Below are positions 19,201 to 29,588 of a stretch of 36,446 bases of DNA, in pieces. Under the pieces are notes generated by a model. It searched no databases. It was given only the letters and a program-made list of their open reading frames with translations, and had not been told where the DNA came from. The position numbers and the translations under genes were made by a program. The DNA comes from a virus (Duplodnaviria; Caudoviricetes), in the IMG/VR virus record IMGVR_UViG_3300017912_003848, positions 1 to 36,446 of that record; one strand, 5' to 3'. Each line of letters starts with the position of its first letter. Position 1 is the stretch's first letter.

Positions 19201-19631
19201 CAGAAAGTGGTGAAGCTGTAGATCCATCATTTTATGTTGGGTTGAATATATTTAGTATGCCAGGATCAGGTGGACAGATATTTGATGATGAGACTAATCA
19301 GATAGTAAGCACTGGTGGTTTAATCAATCTATTTAATATAGAAGAAACGGTTGATGAAAATGGAATACCGTATCAAGAATTTTCTCAAGTACCATCGGGA
19401 CAAAGAAACATCACTCTCAGAGCTGTTCCAAGTGCTGGTCAATTTGCCGTTGGAGAAGAAGGAACTTGGAGTTTCATGGCTGATCCTGGTGTAAATGTAG
19501 ATACAATTGGTTCTATTCAAGAATTTTTAAATGATGATGGACATCACGTAGCAATCATAACATTCAATGAAGAAGGTCCTGTAACTGTAAGATATTCTTG
19601 GTTTGGTGATGGCGATGGAGGTGGTTTCTAA
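16203..19631 (+). CDS. large acidic putative virion/fibre protein
   Basis: 1142 aa; InlB B-repeat-like segments (IQLSAVAEESSY...YTFMMPNEDVQYLAKF; ITLRAVPSAG). Confidence 0.6.
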   Translation: MSNIIIEGKNLNDINQSNFQTVGVRSGFHFITNPNATLSVDESVFKYDTLEIHEARLGDDYENISFPKQLLKSVTIEPWQGRLHYDIPFTGSLDGLSTDAVPQFKPISLENLNLTPYMSDGSIPYLYPYLFTGNLFNNNTRYKINSFYDRINNNNALGLEEKESNVFIVKDDRFSLGTYTEENKQYWELQTSDPISRNSQFSSQRMQTAQSTKLENTGLIRSEEEQFSVDAFTFTERDGVITPLFFYYDKKLHPTEYNNATTGKVNMRIELRESGRNGEGEIDLYQERRPVRPFLMGFEKDEQVGAGINPLNDEQLIGTGDVYGDGLYYFDTRIQLSAVAEESSYLLGIFKIPEDNLVSTGGAEGKYTFMMPNEDVQYLAKFRPNPYIIMRQRFTDQDGNEIVGGAESKGEIRLWKSEVHENDGDYEMRPLNNESKPPFKVNGARFFENTFRPFNLGGNLVTLEQREVTDNYKFKGFTYLSGSADPQEVPFEILEDVENVDENYYGPDGSDETNIRTIKLVQDFFYPAGRLNIYANYGLITFTIHNFNNTVDFENNFGDALRYGPFKFATALGGQLGGAPNPDNYRFDDLTSFPAFSPNAPTVRLLISGPEMGYVNTVTTPPIETEPTGAPDGWSPVNPLVGTLSPQGQWVWNGGGWEQNPDYDPSSQSTDYLPSGDNGHLVPIEETGFDFGKFIWLKQGNPNFPDGEPIEIYKDISDDIPNTLQSAIDIAGEFPPTYNSNGFNDSVTGTQFSAGYSVGDTAGPGGIFIVTSVEEDQGGSDPYEGYYVWNVEWGPNFTPANTPDLGSLYDLSNNENDFQGINLRGDLDDNELLVGNNIINQIISTETTSSISYRPTYRGTYVKAFNDGFIETFVEKSEINSMIPIRPANLSGAIDADMYGFGHQVQYNITPTMASMPPEIAAYIGRDNGTKTLSTNIDADLTLENLGVEIGEWNSNGGGTFTYTVPDSRDAVTENTGARKWWKYIEFRVVVSETAEGEQSESGEAVDPSFYVGLNIFSMPGSGGQIFDDETNQIVSTGGLINLFNIEETVDENGIPYQEFSQVPSGQRNITLRAVPSAGQFAVGEEGTWSFMADPGVNVDTIGSIQEFLNDDGHHVAIITFNEEGPVTVRYSWFGDGDGGGF

Positions 19632-21625
19632 TGGCTGTTACTAGAAATGCTAAGAAAAAAGATTTTAATTACTACCTAACTAACTTAGATTGGGACGATG
19701 GTTCTCCAATAGAACGTGATATAAAACAATTTGATCGTAATGAGGTGTTTGAACACACTTATGAAAAACCTGGTTTTTATTCCATAAAGGGATTGACATT
19801 CAAGTTTGAACGGGCTATGATAGAAATATCACCACCCATGAATAAAAACATGAATTTAGATTGGAAAAATATAACACCTAGTAGTGGATACTCTTATGTA
19901 GAAAGTAAACAACCTATTCTTGATCTTACCTCAAGTTTATCAGAATTTACATTACGTAGTGGTGATGAGAATGATTCTTGGGTAATCAAAAATCGTTATG
20001 GTGGTAATAATAATGTCAAGATTGCAAATACAACCTTTGGTACTGGAGCTGCTGCATATGGCTCAGATGTTTTACCAGAAAGCTGGATAAATGCAATTGT
20101 TGCTCCTATAGAAAAAAGAACAGAAGGTAGGACACCAGGTATTGGAATTGAAATACGAATGAATATGGATATATCTGATATAGATATGATTTACTATTCC
20201 TTTGAATTAAATTTAGCAAATCCAAATGGCGAAGACTCTGGATCACAATATCAAATTCACGAAAGGTCAAATCCACCTACGATTACATCAACTGGAAGTT
20301 TAGAAGATGATATCTCTGATGATACAATTAGTACTGATTGGTCTGTAAGCTTTGATTCAGTTAGATATGTTGATGGTATCGGTGGTAATTCAACTGATCC
20401 TAATAGAGATGATGATGTAAAGGATGGTGGATGGCGAACATTCAGTGGATATATTTTTGTTCAAGAACCAGATAGTATAGCATCAAATGGTTCAAATATA
20501 AGTAAGTTACCATATCAAATAAATTATAGTCAGATTGAGATTTCTCCAAGATATCCTGATGATACACCACAGGATGAAAACACCACTGCTTATATTGGTT
20601 TGAGAAATTTAACGATAAGAACACCAAATACAAAAAATATAATTAGACCAAATGAATGGCAAAGATTTTACTCTAATATGATTGTAAATCCAAAAAATAA
20701 TTATCAATCTCCATTGTATGAACTAAATGATTTTGCTATGATAGGTGGGGCTTCAGAAGAATCTACACATTTTAAAACGTTAGCATCTTTAACTGCTTTT
20801 GATCTAGATGATAAAGAATTTAGAAATAATTCATTAGTATCATCATATAATCCATATGACTTTATTGCTATTTACGATACTATGGCAAAATATAATTTTA
20901 ATTATTATAATGAAGTTTTAGATCCATATACAAATCCTATACATGAAGATTATGCACCATATTGGAAAAATTCTGATGGTGTGAATGAAAGTTTGTTTGA
21001 TAAAAAAAGAATTTTTAATGGAAGAATTGATAAAGATTTTCATGGAGTATTACAAGACACTGAGATTACTGATGTGGATATAAGCACCACAAAAGTTTAC
21101 AAAGGTGTTATACCAATGTGGGAACAACTTGGATTAATACGTGAAGAAAATAACAATCCTAATGATATAAGATATTGGAAAAACATAATACCAAAGGATT
21201 ACAAACTTACTGATAGAGGTGGGTTTTCACAACAACAATTAGAAGATCCAGTAAGAGGATCAACAACTCCAAGAATACCAAGATTGATATGGATAATTGA
21301 TGAAGAAAATGATCAAAATTGGAATGATGGATATTACTGGCCATTACTACCAAAGATGACAAAACAAGGAATATTTACTCAAGAAATTGAAATAGATCGA
21401 TATGGTGATGGTAATATAGTAAGCAACGATCCTATTGATCAGACTTTACTTAATCTTGTTTTTGATGCCGATGAAGTAGAAGAATTACAAGACATTACTA
21501 ATAATTATAATATAGAGTATAGAGTTGATGGTATATTAGACCTTGATGAAAATAATCGAGTAGATTTAATCACAGAGGATATAACTGATACTTTAGAAAA
21601 AGATACAACTAAACAGGCATTTTAA
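19631..21625 (+). CDS. putative virion protein with PKD-like motif
   Basis: LDWDDGS...EHTYEKPGFYSIK; ends KQAF like the next gene. Confidence 0.65.
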   Translation: MAVTRNAKKKDFNYYLTNLDWDDGSPIERDIKQFDRNEVFEHTYEKPGFYSIKGLTFKFERAMIEISPPMNKNMNLDWKNITPSSGYSYVESKQPILDLTSSLSEFTLRSGDENDSWVIKNRYGGNNNVKIANTTFGTGAAAYGSDVLPESWINAIVAPIEKRTEGRTPGIGIEIRMNMDISDIDMIYYSFELNLANPNGEDSGSQYQIHERSNPPTITSTGSLEDDISDDTISTDWSVSFDSVRYVDGIGGNSTDPNRDDDVKDGGWRTFSGYIFVQEPDSIASNGSNISKLPYQINYSQIEISPRYPDDTPQDENTTAYIGLRNLTIRTPNTKNIIRPNEWQRFYSNMIVNPKNNYQSPLYELNDFAMIGGASEESTHFKTLASLTAFDLDDKEFRNNSLVSSYNPYDFIAIYDTMAKYNFNYYNEVLDPYTNPIHEDYAPYWKNSDGVNESLFDKKRIFNGRIDKDFHGVLQDTEITDVDISTTKVYKGVIPMWEQLGLIREENNNPNDIRYWKNIIPKDYKLTDRGGFSQQQLEDPVRGSTTPRIPRLIWIIDEENDQNWNDGYYWPLLPKMTKQGIFTQEIEIDRYGDGNIVSNDPIDQTLLNLVFDADEVEELQDITNNYNIEYRVDGILDLDENNRVDLITEDITDTLEKDTTKQAF

Positions 21626-23514
21626 TGATATTACAATGGAAATTTAATTCAAGATACCCATCGGTTACCAGACCAGGTGTGTTTCCAAGAATACAGGAAT
21701 TAGATGAATTTGGAAATGATTTACTTGAAGAAACGTGGTATGATCTTACTGGCATAGATGATGAAGAAATAAATAAATTTAAATTTGCTTTGGGAACTTG
21801 GACTCAATTTAGTAGAAGAAATAGAAAGATAAGAATTTTAGAACCTGATGCGGTGAACAAAATTACTTATCCTATCACCGATGATGAATCAGGAATAATA
21901 ACAGAACCAAAACCAGAAAATCCACCTGAAGGTTTTCCAACCAATATATTTGATTGGGCAAAAAATAAAGCAAAACAATTAAATGACGAAAAAGGTTTAG
22001 AGGCAGTAGGATCTAATGATCAAGGTGAACCTGAAAGAGGTGTGTACGATACCATGTTTTCTAGAGGAAACAATGGTTGGGTATCAGAAAACTTCAGAGC
22101 ACCACTAGCAGGACCTGGAGATGGATATCGTGGTAAGGGTTTCATAACCAATAGTAATTTATTTAAAATATATAAAACTAGTAAGATAAATGTGATTTTC
22201 TTTGTAGTATACGAAGCTTGGTACACAGTAAACATTACAGATCCTCTGTGGATAGACGACTTAAAAGTTCTTTATCCAAGTGATGGGTATCAATGGCAGT
22301 GGTTACCTAATCTAAAACAGATAACAGATCCTATAACTGGTCTTACAGCTTTTGGTGAGTGGATTGAAGGTGGTAGTTTGATCAAAACAGAAAACCAAGC
22401 CAGTTCTGATAATCGATATGTTGGATTAGTAACGAAGACACCAAAACAAATTGTATCTGATATTGAGCCAAAGGATTTGTTTTTATATCATGAAATAGGT
22501 TCTGATGATTACAAAGATATTTCTTCACCATTAAAGGTATATTTTAGTTTGAATTATGAACAAAGTGACGAAGATGAAGTTAGATCAAGTGATATTATAA
22601 AATATCAAGTATTGGAATGGGGTGATGAAGAAGAGCAAATGTCTGATCAAGAAATATTAGATAGTGAGTTTTTTTATCTCTACGAAACTGATGATTCTGT
22701 ATTTGATGGTACAAAGTATAAAAAACTTTGTTTAATAGCTTCAGAAGCTATGAAGATAACACCACAGGAAATTGGTGATGATGGTGTGGTAAATAGGGGT
22801 AAATTGCAAAGTCATGTATACATTGAACCAGGTATAAAAACAATAAAAACAATTGTGATGAGGTTTGATAAAACAGAAATTTTTTTACTTGAAACATCGG
22901 TGGTTTACACTAATATATTTATAGCAGATCCAAATCAAAAGATACAAGACTTTAATATATTTGGTGCAGAAAGATATTCGGTCTTACCTCTAGAAAGTGA
23001 ATTTGAACCAATAATAGGTAGTATTGATAAAAGATCAGATTATGTTACTTCACTAGAACAGATAGAACATAATGATTTATATGAAAGTTCTGATTATTTA
23101 GAAAAAATGTATGCTGATGATTTTTTACCAAAAGTAAAAAACGATTTGTATGGTGAATATGCTGGTAATTTAGATTTAGGACAATCTAGAATTTTTAAAA
23201 AACCATATAATATTTTTGATTTTATTGGTGGTGATGTATTAGAAATAATAACAAATAACTTTGAATATCCTGAAGATAGTTTACCACAGGATAGTTCTGC
23301 TACCGAGATACTTATAAGTAATGAGGATTGTGTTGTTGAACTAAATCCATCTAATATTAATAGTTTTGGTATTGAAAACACAGCAAAATCATCTGAAAAG
23401 GGTGTTTTGATTGGGGATTATTCATTGATAAAAGAAAAAGGTGAAGAGATAAGAAGAGACGACAGTATGGAGTTACCACGACTAGAACGAAGAAAAGATA
23501 AACAGGCATTTTAA
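21625..23514 (+). CDS. putative virion protein with PKD-like motif, paralog of the upstream gene
   Basis: LEWGDE...SHVYIEPGIKTIK; ends KQAF. Confidence 0.65.
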   Translation: MILQWKFNSRYPSVTRPGVFPRIQELDEFGNDLLEETWYDLTGIDDEEINKFKFALGTWTQFSRRNRKIRILEPDAVNKITYPITDDESGIITEPKPENPPEGFPTNIFDWAKNKAKQLNDEKGLEAVGSNDQGEPERGVYDTMFSRGNNGWVSENFRAPLAGPGDGYRGKGFITNSNLFKIYKTSKINVIFFVVYEAWYTVNITDPLWIDDLKVLYPSDGYQWQWLPNLKQITDPITGLTAFGEWIEGGSLIKTENQASSDNRYVGLVTKTPKQIVSDIEPKDLFLYHEIGSDDYKDISSPLKVYFSLNYEQSDEDEVRSSDIIKYQVLEWGDEEEQMSDQEILDSEFFYLYETDDSVFDGTKYKKLCLIASEAMKITPQEIGDDGVVNRGKLQSHVYIEPGIKTIKTIVMRFDKTEIFLLETSVVYTNIFIADPNQKIQDFNIFGAERYSVLPLESEFEPIIGSIDKRSDYVTSLEQIEHNDLYESSDYLEKMYADDFLPKVKNDLYGEYAGNLDLGQSRIFKKPYNIFDFIGGDVLEIITNNFEYPEDSLPQDSSATEILISNEDCVVELNPSNINSFGIENTAKSSEKGVLIGDYSLIKEKGEEIRRDDSMELPRLERRKDKQAF

Positions 23515-26500
23515 TGAAACTTGTTGGAAACTATAACGAAGATGTAAAAAATTTAATTGATGGTGATGATCAATATATCATACCAGTTGATATAGTACCA
23601 GTTTTTACTAGAGACGATTACAATACTGCTTTACAAGAATCTCCTATCCCACTTGAAATGAATTTTTCAAATAATTTTCCTAGAATTCAAAGTAATGCTG
23701 GTGGAGGTCAAGGTCCTCCATCATTTATACCAGACGAATCTGCTATAGGCACAGCAACACCTATATTAAATAGTAGTTATCAAGAACGTCCAATAGTAAA
23801 ATTAAATTTATTTAATAGTGTTGGAACATACAAAGGTAGTTTTGAATTAGAATTTAATGTGGATTACTACATTAAAAATAATCAGATATTTTTAAAACCA
23901 AACGAAATATTAGATAGGGAACAATATAGAGCTGGTAATTATACAATAAATTTTGATTTTTTAAGAAGACTAAATGTAACAAACACTGAAACTGATAATA
24001 GAGAATTATATTTAGCAGAGGTATCTCCAAGTAGAAAAGAAATTAGATTAAATACAGAACCTAAATCATCTAATCAAATAGAAGCACAGCAAAATCAAAT
24101 AACACGATTTTTACATAATTCACAAGTTATTGATCCTGATAATTCAAATTATAAGGGTTATCAGTTTGAAGGTTTTATAGAATTATTAGGTGGTGATTTA
24201 ATTCCTATCAATGCCTTTGCTTTTGATAACATTTCAAATCAAAATAGAAATTTAAGTTTAATTTTAAAATTAAATGAAGAATTTCCAAGTAATATAAATC
24301 TTTATGATAAGTCTATAAGAATTGTAAGAAAATGGTTTTCGTCTCAAACTCAAGAAATAACTTTTGTTGATAAACAAAATTTAGCAACAGGTGGAGGTAA
24401 ACCATTACCAGTAGATACATCTTATGTAACCGAAAATAGTTTTGTAGAAGACGTAGTAGAAAGTTATGAAAATTTATCAACCGGTTCTTTAGATATATTA
24501 TCTGATATAGAACTAAATAAAAAAGATCAAAATCTTAACATAGATTTTTCAGAATTTTCAAATCATGTTTTCTTTGGTTCGGCTGTAAATAAATTAGAAA
24601 ACTTCAAAGATAAAGTAGTTAAGTTAGAGGGTTTGTATAATCAAATATCTAGTTCTTTATCAATTAGTAGTAGTTTTGTACAATCACAAGCTAGAGAAAA
24701 ACTTTTTAATGATGTAAGAAAAGAAAAAGAAAAATTTACTGCCTATGAAAGATTCATGTACAATGATAATCAAACAACAACACCAAATTCAGCACCAGGA
24801 TTAGGAGTTAATTTAGCTGGTAATAATTTTAGAAATAGTTATAAAAGTGGTAACACTTTACTAAATAGATATAATATTTTATCTGGTAGTAGTGCAGAAG
24901 GTTTTGATAGACTTCATCAAAAAACAGGATCATCTACTGAGGCAAATTTTGTTCATTTATTCACTGATTTATATCATGTAGAACAACCACCGTTTTTTAA
25001 TACAAACGACTTTGTATATTTAAGTTTTGTATTAAAAAACACAGGTAGTTTAGAGCAACTTCATATTAGTGGTGGTTTAGCAAATCTTGAAACAAATAAC
25101 ATTGGGTACAAAGGTTATGGGTATAGAAGAGGATATCAAATACCAGCCAATGCTTTCAGTGGTTCAGCATTATCAAATCCTGTACCAACTGGTTCTCATT
25201 ACAAAAGATATATCTTTAAATCACAACAAAATTATTTTAGACCTACACAAAACGGACAAAATGGTGCTGATGTATCTTCTGATCCTCAAAATCCTCGTGA
25301 TTATACCTCAACATCAACTGATTGGGAAATATTAAGTGGTTCAAATGTACAATCAGCATCTACCAGTGGTTCAATCGGTGATGGTTACGCCTATGGTATC
25401 AGAGATAGTTCAGGTCAACAGACTCAATATATTTTTCCAACAGTTGTTGATAGAAATAATCTTACCAATACTTTTTCTTTTATAACTGGTTCTTTATTAC
25501 CACAAGGAGATTTATTTCCTGTCTTCATCAATACTGGTATACACAATGCTAAATTTACAGATGTTCGTGTATCATATAAAAATCCTACAAATGTCCATCC
25601 ATTTTCAACTGTCTACAGACCACCAAGTGGAAGTTATGCTGGTTCAGATGAATGGAACAATTGGTACAATGGTGTACATGCTTCTGCTTCTCTATATGAT
25701 ACAAACAACATACATTCATTAGTTAACAACTTACCTTTAGAGTTTAGAGAAAAATCAGATCATCTTGTTCTTAGAAAATTTGTAAATATGTTAGGTGAAC
25801 AATTTGATTTACTTAGAAATTATATAGACAATTATTTAAACTTCTATAAACTAGGATATAAAAATCCAAATTCAATGCCAGATAATTTATTACCAATTTT
25901 AGGTGATACTGTTGGTTGGGAATTATTAAATACACAAAATAAAGAAACATCTATTGAAGACTATGCAAATAACACTGCTGGTGATGAAGTTGGTGTACAA
26001 GCTGTTATTAATTCTACATGGAAAAAGATTTTAAATAATTTAGTTTATGTTTATAAAACAAAAGGAACTACTGAAGCAATACAAAGTCTATTAAATTTAT
26101 ATGGATTTGATTCCAATGGCTTCAAACTACATGAATATGGTGGTTCAACTGCTGAACACAACCCTACGATCATTACTAATGATTCTCAAGATTTCTTAGA
26201 GGGTATGACAAATATAAAAGGAAATGTATCATATGTAAAAAATATTGAACCATTTCCAATGATAAATTTTAGAGGAACTAATTCACTTGGAGTGGATTGG
26301 TGGAGAAATAACACTACTCCAAATGGTGTAGAGTTTGTATTTAATGCCGATAAAACAACAAATACTCAAACTATATTAAGGTCAAGTGGTTCTAACAATG
26401 ATCTTTGGGATTTACGACTAATACCATCGGCATCGTCAACTCAATTTAGTCAATTACAATTTAGATTAAATACAACTCCAAGTGGTTCAGGTGCTATTGC

Positions 26501-28850
26501 TACAAATGCTATATCAATGTCATCACCATATGTTGATTTTCAAAATGGTAATATTTACAATGTATTTTTACAAAGATTATATGTAACTGGTTCTACACCA
26601 AATCATTTAGCCAATTTCACACAATCCTATCACATGTTTGTTGCTAGAAAAGATGATGATAAAATACGAAATGTAAGTGCTACAAGTATGTCGTGTCATA
26701 TATCAGGTGCTAATTTTAATTTTGTAGAACAGGCAGCGGCTAAAGATTCTAATAATTTATTTATTGGAGAAAGTTTATCTGGTTCATTGTCAGAATTTAG
26801 GGTTTGGGATTCTTATGTTAGTATGTCTAAATTCAAACAACATACTTTAAATTATCGCAGTACTGTAGCAAACTCAATTACTGGTTCAGTTGCAAGTTTA
26901 ATTTACAGATATCCATTTGATGAGAACATTGTTAATTGGTCTACTAATCCAAATTCTGCTTCATTAAAAGTTCACGATGCTAATCCACAGAATGTAAAAG
27001 ATTATTCTATATTAATAGCATCACAAGATAATTTTAATTACACAACTACAATGACAGAACAAACATTTTATAGATTGGGTATAAAGGGTAATGATAAACT
27101 ACCAAATGACAATCAAACTAATTTAACACCAAAAGTTACTGTTGTTGGTTCTCTTGATCCTGATCAAGCTTCAGTTCAAGATCCAACTGATGCAAGTGGT
27201 CAACCAGAAAGACAATATACAAATAGATTTGGTAGAGATGTGTCATATGTAAATGCTATAGATACTTTAGTAATGAACAATATGCCTGATTTTAGAATTG
27301 ATGATTTTATTGGTGATCCTGATGAAGACCTAACCGATACCTATGAAGATTTGATGAAATTAAGAAAAGCATTAATTAACGATCCACAAGTTCAAATAGA
27401 TGTCGAAGCAAATATAAGAGCTGTAGAAAATTTATTGACCGATGAAGTAAAAGAAACATTAGAAATAATGACACCGGCAAAAACTAATTTTGAAATGTTT
27501 TATGACATTAAAAACGATACATTATTCAGATCAAAAATTGGTAGAAAAATGAAAATGACACCAAAGCTAAATCCAAATAAAGCTATTGGTGTTATTGATG
27601 CAGATAAATTTGATGAACCAACTATTACATCTTTTGCTAATAATAATGTTAAAGAGGGTATTATAGATGCTGATAGTTCTGATGAACCAACTATTACATC
27701 TTTTGCTAATAATAATCTTAAAACTGGTGTTATAGACGCTGATCAATGGGATGAACCCACTTTAAGTAGTTTTGCAAATGATAAAGTTGTTGATGGTAAT
27801 ATAGATGCTGATCAATGGGATGAACCAACTTTGACTTCAACTACTCAAAACATACGTGGTGGAACTGATATAGAAATAATAAATTTAAGTAATTCTGTAA
27901 GATCACCATCGTTTAATGTAACTCCAGAAAAAATGAATGAATTTTTTCTAGGACCTAAAAATAATATAGCTGAAAATGCTGGAACTTCTAGTAATCAAAG
28001 ATTTTTTAAATCAAAGAATCCAGGAGTTGGTGGTGATTACAATACATATAAATTTGAATCTCGGTTTACTTTCAAAACAATCGGAGATACTGAAAGATTT
28101 CATAACTCTCAAAGTCATCATGATGTATTTACATCTTTTAGAAATAGACACTTTGTTGATCAAAATCATGTTGCAAATTATCAATATAAATCATTTTTTG
28201 GTATAGGCGCAGAAGTAAATGGTGCACCTAAAACCGGTAGAATGGTTGGTAGAACTAGATTCTTTTTTACTGATACTAATGGTAATATTACATATCCATC
28301 AAATCATTATATAAATGCTAGAACAAGTAAAGATGGATTGTTAAATTTAATTTACAAGGGAACTCAAAATGATGGTGGTAATCCAACACAAGATCCAATT
28401 AAAAATGATCCACAACCATCGATTGCTGCTTATAGGATATCAGTAGCTGGTTCTGATACTATTAATAGAATTAAAGTAGATCGACCAGTATCTAAAAACA
28501 TAGTGCTTTTGAATATTGATACTCGTGGAAATGACAGTTCACTTACATTTAATTTATTTAAACGAAATAAATTAATTATGACTAAAAACTTACATACCAG
28601 AGGAACTACGTTTCCAAGTAAAGATAAAATTAAATTTAATTTAGTTGGTGATGTAAAAGATTATAATTTTACAGTAGTACCAACTACTAATTTTAGAAAA
28701 GTAGATGGAGTCAGAGTTCAGAGAGTAAAAGAGGGTGGTCAATTTGTAGAAAAAGCATCCGTATCTGTATCAAGAAATCCTGATGGAAGTGTAAGAGGTA
28801 GGTTTACACAAATCATGGGTGATTTTACTCTATCAGTACAAATAAGATAA
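23514..28850 (+). CDS. large baseplate wedge/tail protein (gp7/P2 gpI-like core plus LamG)
   Basis: FVNMLGEQFD...VYKTKGTTEAIQSLLNLYG (KGT motif of P2 gpI-like proteins); NLFIG...GSLSEFRVWD (LamG). Confidence 0.7.
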   Translation: MKLVGNYNEDVKNLIDGDDQYIIPVDIVPVFTRDDYNTALQESPIPLEMNFSNNFPRIQSNAGGGQGPPSFIPDESAIGTATPILNSSYQERPIVKLNLFNSVGTYKGSFELEFNVDYYIKNNQIFLKPNEILDREQYRAGNYTINFDFLRRLNVTNTETDNRELYLAEVSPSRKEIRLNTEPKSSNQIEAQQNQITRFLHNSQVIDPDNSNYKGYQFEGFIELLGGDLIPINAFAFDNISNQNRNLSLILKLNEEFPSNINLYDKSIRIVRKWFSSQTQEITFVDKQNLATGGGKPLPVDTSYVTENSFVEDVVESYENLSTGSLDILSDIELNKKDQNLNIDFSEFSNHVFFGSAVNKLENFKDKVVKLEGLYNQISSSLSISSSFVQSQAREKLFNDVRKEKEKFTAYERFMYNDNQTTTPNSAPGLGVNLAGNNFRNSYKSGNTLLNRYNILSGSSAEGFDRLHQKTGSSTEANFVHLFTDLYHVEQPPFFNTNDFVYLSFVLKNTGSLEQLHISGGLANLETNNIGYKGYGYRRGYQIPANAFSGSALSNPVPTGSHYKRYIFKSQQNYFRPTQNGQNGADVSSDPQNPRDYTSTSTDWEILSGSNVQSASTSGSIGDGYAYGIRDSSGQQTQYIFPTVVDRNNLTNTFSFITGSLLPQGDLFPVFINTGIHNAKFTDVRVSYKNPTNVHPFSTVYRPPSGSYAGSDEWNNWYNGVHASASLYDTNNIHSLVNNLPLEFREKSDHLVLRKFVNMLGEQFDLLRNYIDNYLNFYKLGYKNPNSMPDNLLPILGDTVGWELLNTQNKETSIEDYANNTAGDEVGVQAVINSTWKKILNNLVYVYKTKGTTEAIQSLLNLYGFDSNGFKLHEYGGSTAEHNPTIITNDSQDFLEGMTNIKGNVSYVKNIEPFPMINFRGTNSLGVDWWRNNTTPNGVEFVFNADKTTNTQTILRSSGSNNDLWDLRLIPSASSTQFSQLQFRLNTTPSGSGAIATNAISMSSPYVDFQNGNIYNVFLQRLYVTGSTPNHLANFTQSYHMFVARKDDDKIRNVSATSMSCHISGANFNFVEQAAAKDSNNLFIGESLSGSLSEFRVWDSYVSMSKFKQHTLNYRSTVANSITGSVASLIYRYPFDENIVNWSTNPNSASLKVHDANPQNVKDYSILIASQDNFNYTTTMTEQTFYRLGIKGNDKLPNDNQTNLTPKVTVVGSLDPDQASVQDPTDASGQPERQYTNRFGRDVSYVNAIDTLVMNNMPDFRIDDFIGDPDEDLTDTYEDLMKLRKALINDPQVQIDVEANIRAVENLLTDEVKETLEIMTPAKTNFEMFYDIKNDTLFRSKIGRKMKMTPKLNPNKAIGVIDADKFDEPTITSFANNNVKEGIIDADSSDEPTITSFANNNLKTGVIDADQWDEPTLSSFANDKVVDGNIDADQWDEPTLTSTTQNIRGGTDIEIINLSNSVRSPSFNVTPEKMNEFFLGPKNNIAENAGTSSNQRFFKSKNPGVGGDYNTYKFESRFTFKTIGDTERFHNSQSHHDVFTSFRNRHFVDQNHVANYQYKSFFGIGAEVNGAPKTGRMVGRTRFFFTDTNGNITYPSNHYINARTSKDGLLNLIYKGTQNDGGNPTQDPIKNDPQPSIAAYRISVAGSDTINRIKVDRPVSKNIVLLNIDTRGNDSSLTFNLFKRNKLIMTKNLHTRGTTFPSKDKIKFNLVGDVKDYNFTVVPTTNFRKVDGVRVQRVKEGGQFVEKASVSVSRNPDGSVRGRFTQIMGDFTLSVQIR
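27588..27840 (+). repeat. four in-frame 69-bp (23-aa) tandem repeats
   Basis: G[VIN]IDADxxDEPT[IL][TS]S units start at 27588, 27657, 27726 and 27795. Confidence 0.95.
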
Positions 28851-28873
28851 AATGATAGAAATTTCTTTTTCAC

Positions 28874-28884
28874 TATATTTATTA
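28874..28884 (+). promoter_or_regulatory. candidate late promoter TATATTTATTA
   Basis: Identical 11-mer at 31464-31474; both intergenic. Confidence 0.5.
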
Positions 28885-28904
28885 CTAAATGGGACTAATT
28901 AATT

Positions 28905-29579
28905 ATGGGTATTTTAAATAACGACACAGTCATTGTAGATGCTATCTTAACTAAACTTGGTCGAGATAAGTTAAGACAAGGAGAACCTTTGGGCATCACA
29001 CAATACGCTTTTGGTGATACAGGCGTAGATTATAATTTATACAATCCAAACCACCCATCTGGTTCAGATGCTTATGGTCAAGCTATTACAGGCTTACCAC
29101 AATTAGAAGCTGTACCTGATGATGATGTTTTCATGAGGTCAAGATTATTTGGAACTGGTGAACGTGGTATACAGAACTATGGATTTATTGATTTACCTGA
29201 TGGATTAAGAAGAACCATTCAACACATACCTGGTGGTATTCAAAGTACAGCAATCGTATTAAGACCAAGAGTATTTTCTGCTGGAACTGAATTGACTGAT
29301 ACAGAATTCAAATTTACAATTTTAGATCACAGAGGTTTAACTGCTACCATAGGTGGTGCTACCATAGTTGGTAATCCTTTTAAATCTGTAGATGTTGACA
29401 AGAGATCAGCAAATGGAACTGAGTTACAATTAAATGCTCAAGCTGGACAAATTTCTAATAATGTTATTAGAACCGTGAGAATAGAATTAGTTGGTGATGG
29501 AGCAGCACCAGTTCAAGTTACTATAACAGTACAATTAAATACTGAGATAAATGCACCAGGTGCTGGTGGAGATTCATAA
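28905..29579 (+). CDS. putative virion/baseplate protein
   Basis: VDAILTKLGRDKL...ITQYAFGD resembles the N-terminus of tail-collar fibre (DUF3751-like) domains. Confidence 0.6.
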   Translation: MGILNNDTVIVDAILTKLGRDKLRQGEPLGITQYAFGDTGVDYNLYNPNHPSGSDAYGQAITGLPQLEAVPDDDVFMRSRLFGTGERGIQNYGFIDLPDGLRRTIQHIPGGIQSTAIVLRPRVFSAGTELTDTEFKFTILDHRGLTATIGGATIVGNPFKSVDVDKRSANGTELQLNAQAGQISNNVIRTVRIELVGDGAAPVQVTITVQLNTEINAPGAGGDS

Positions 29580-29588
29580 GGATAAGAT

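Noticed and set aside
27588-27840. CRISPR array
   Set aside because: In-frame degenerate coding repeats with no unique spacers and no cas genes.
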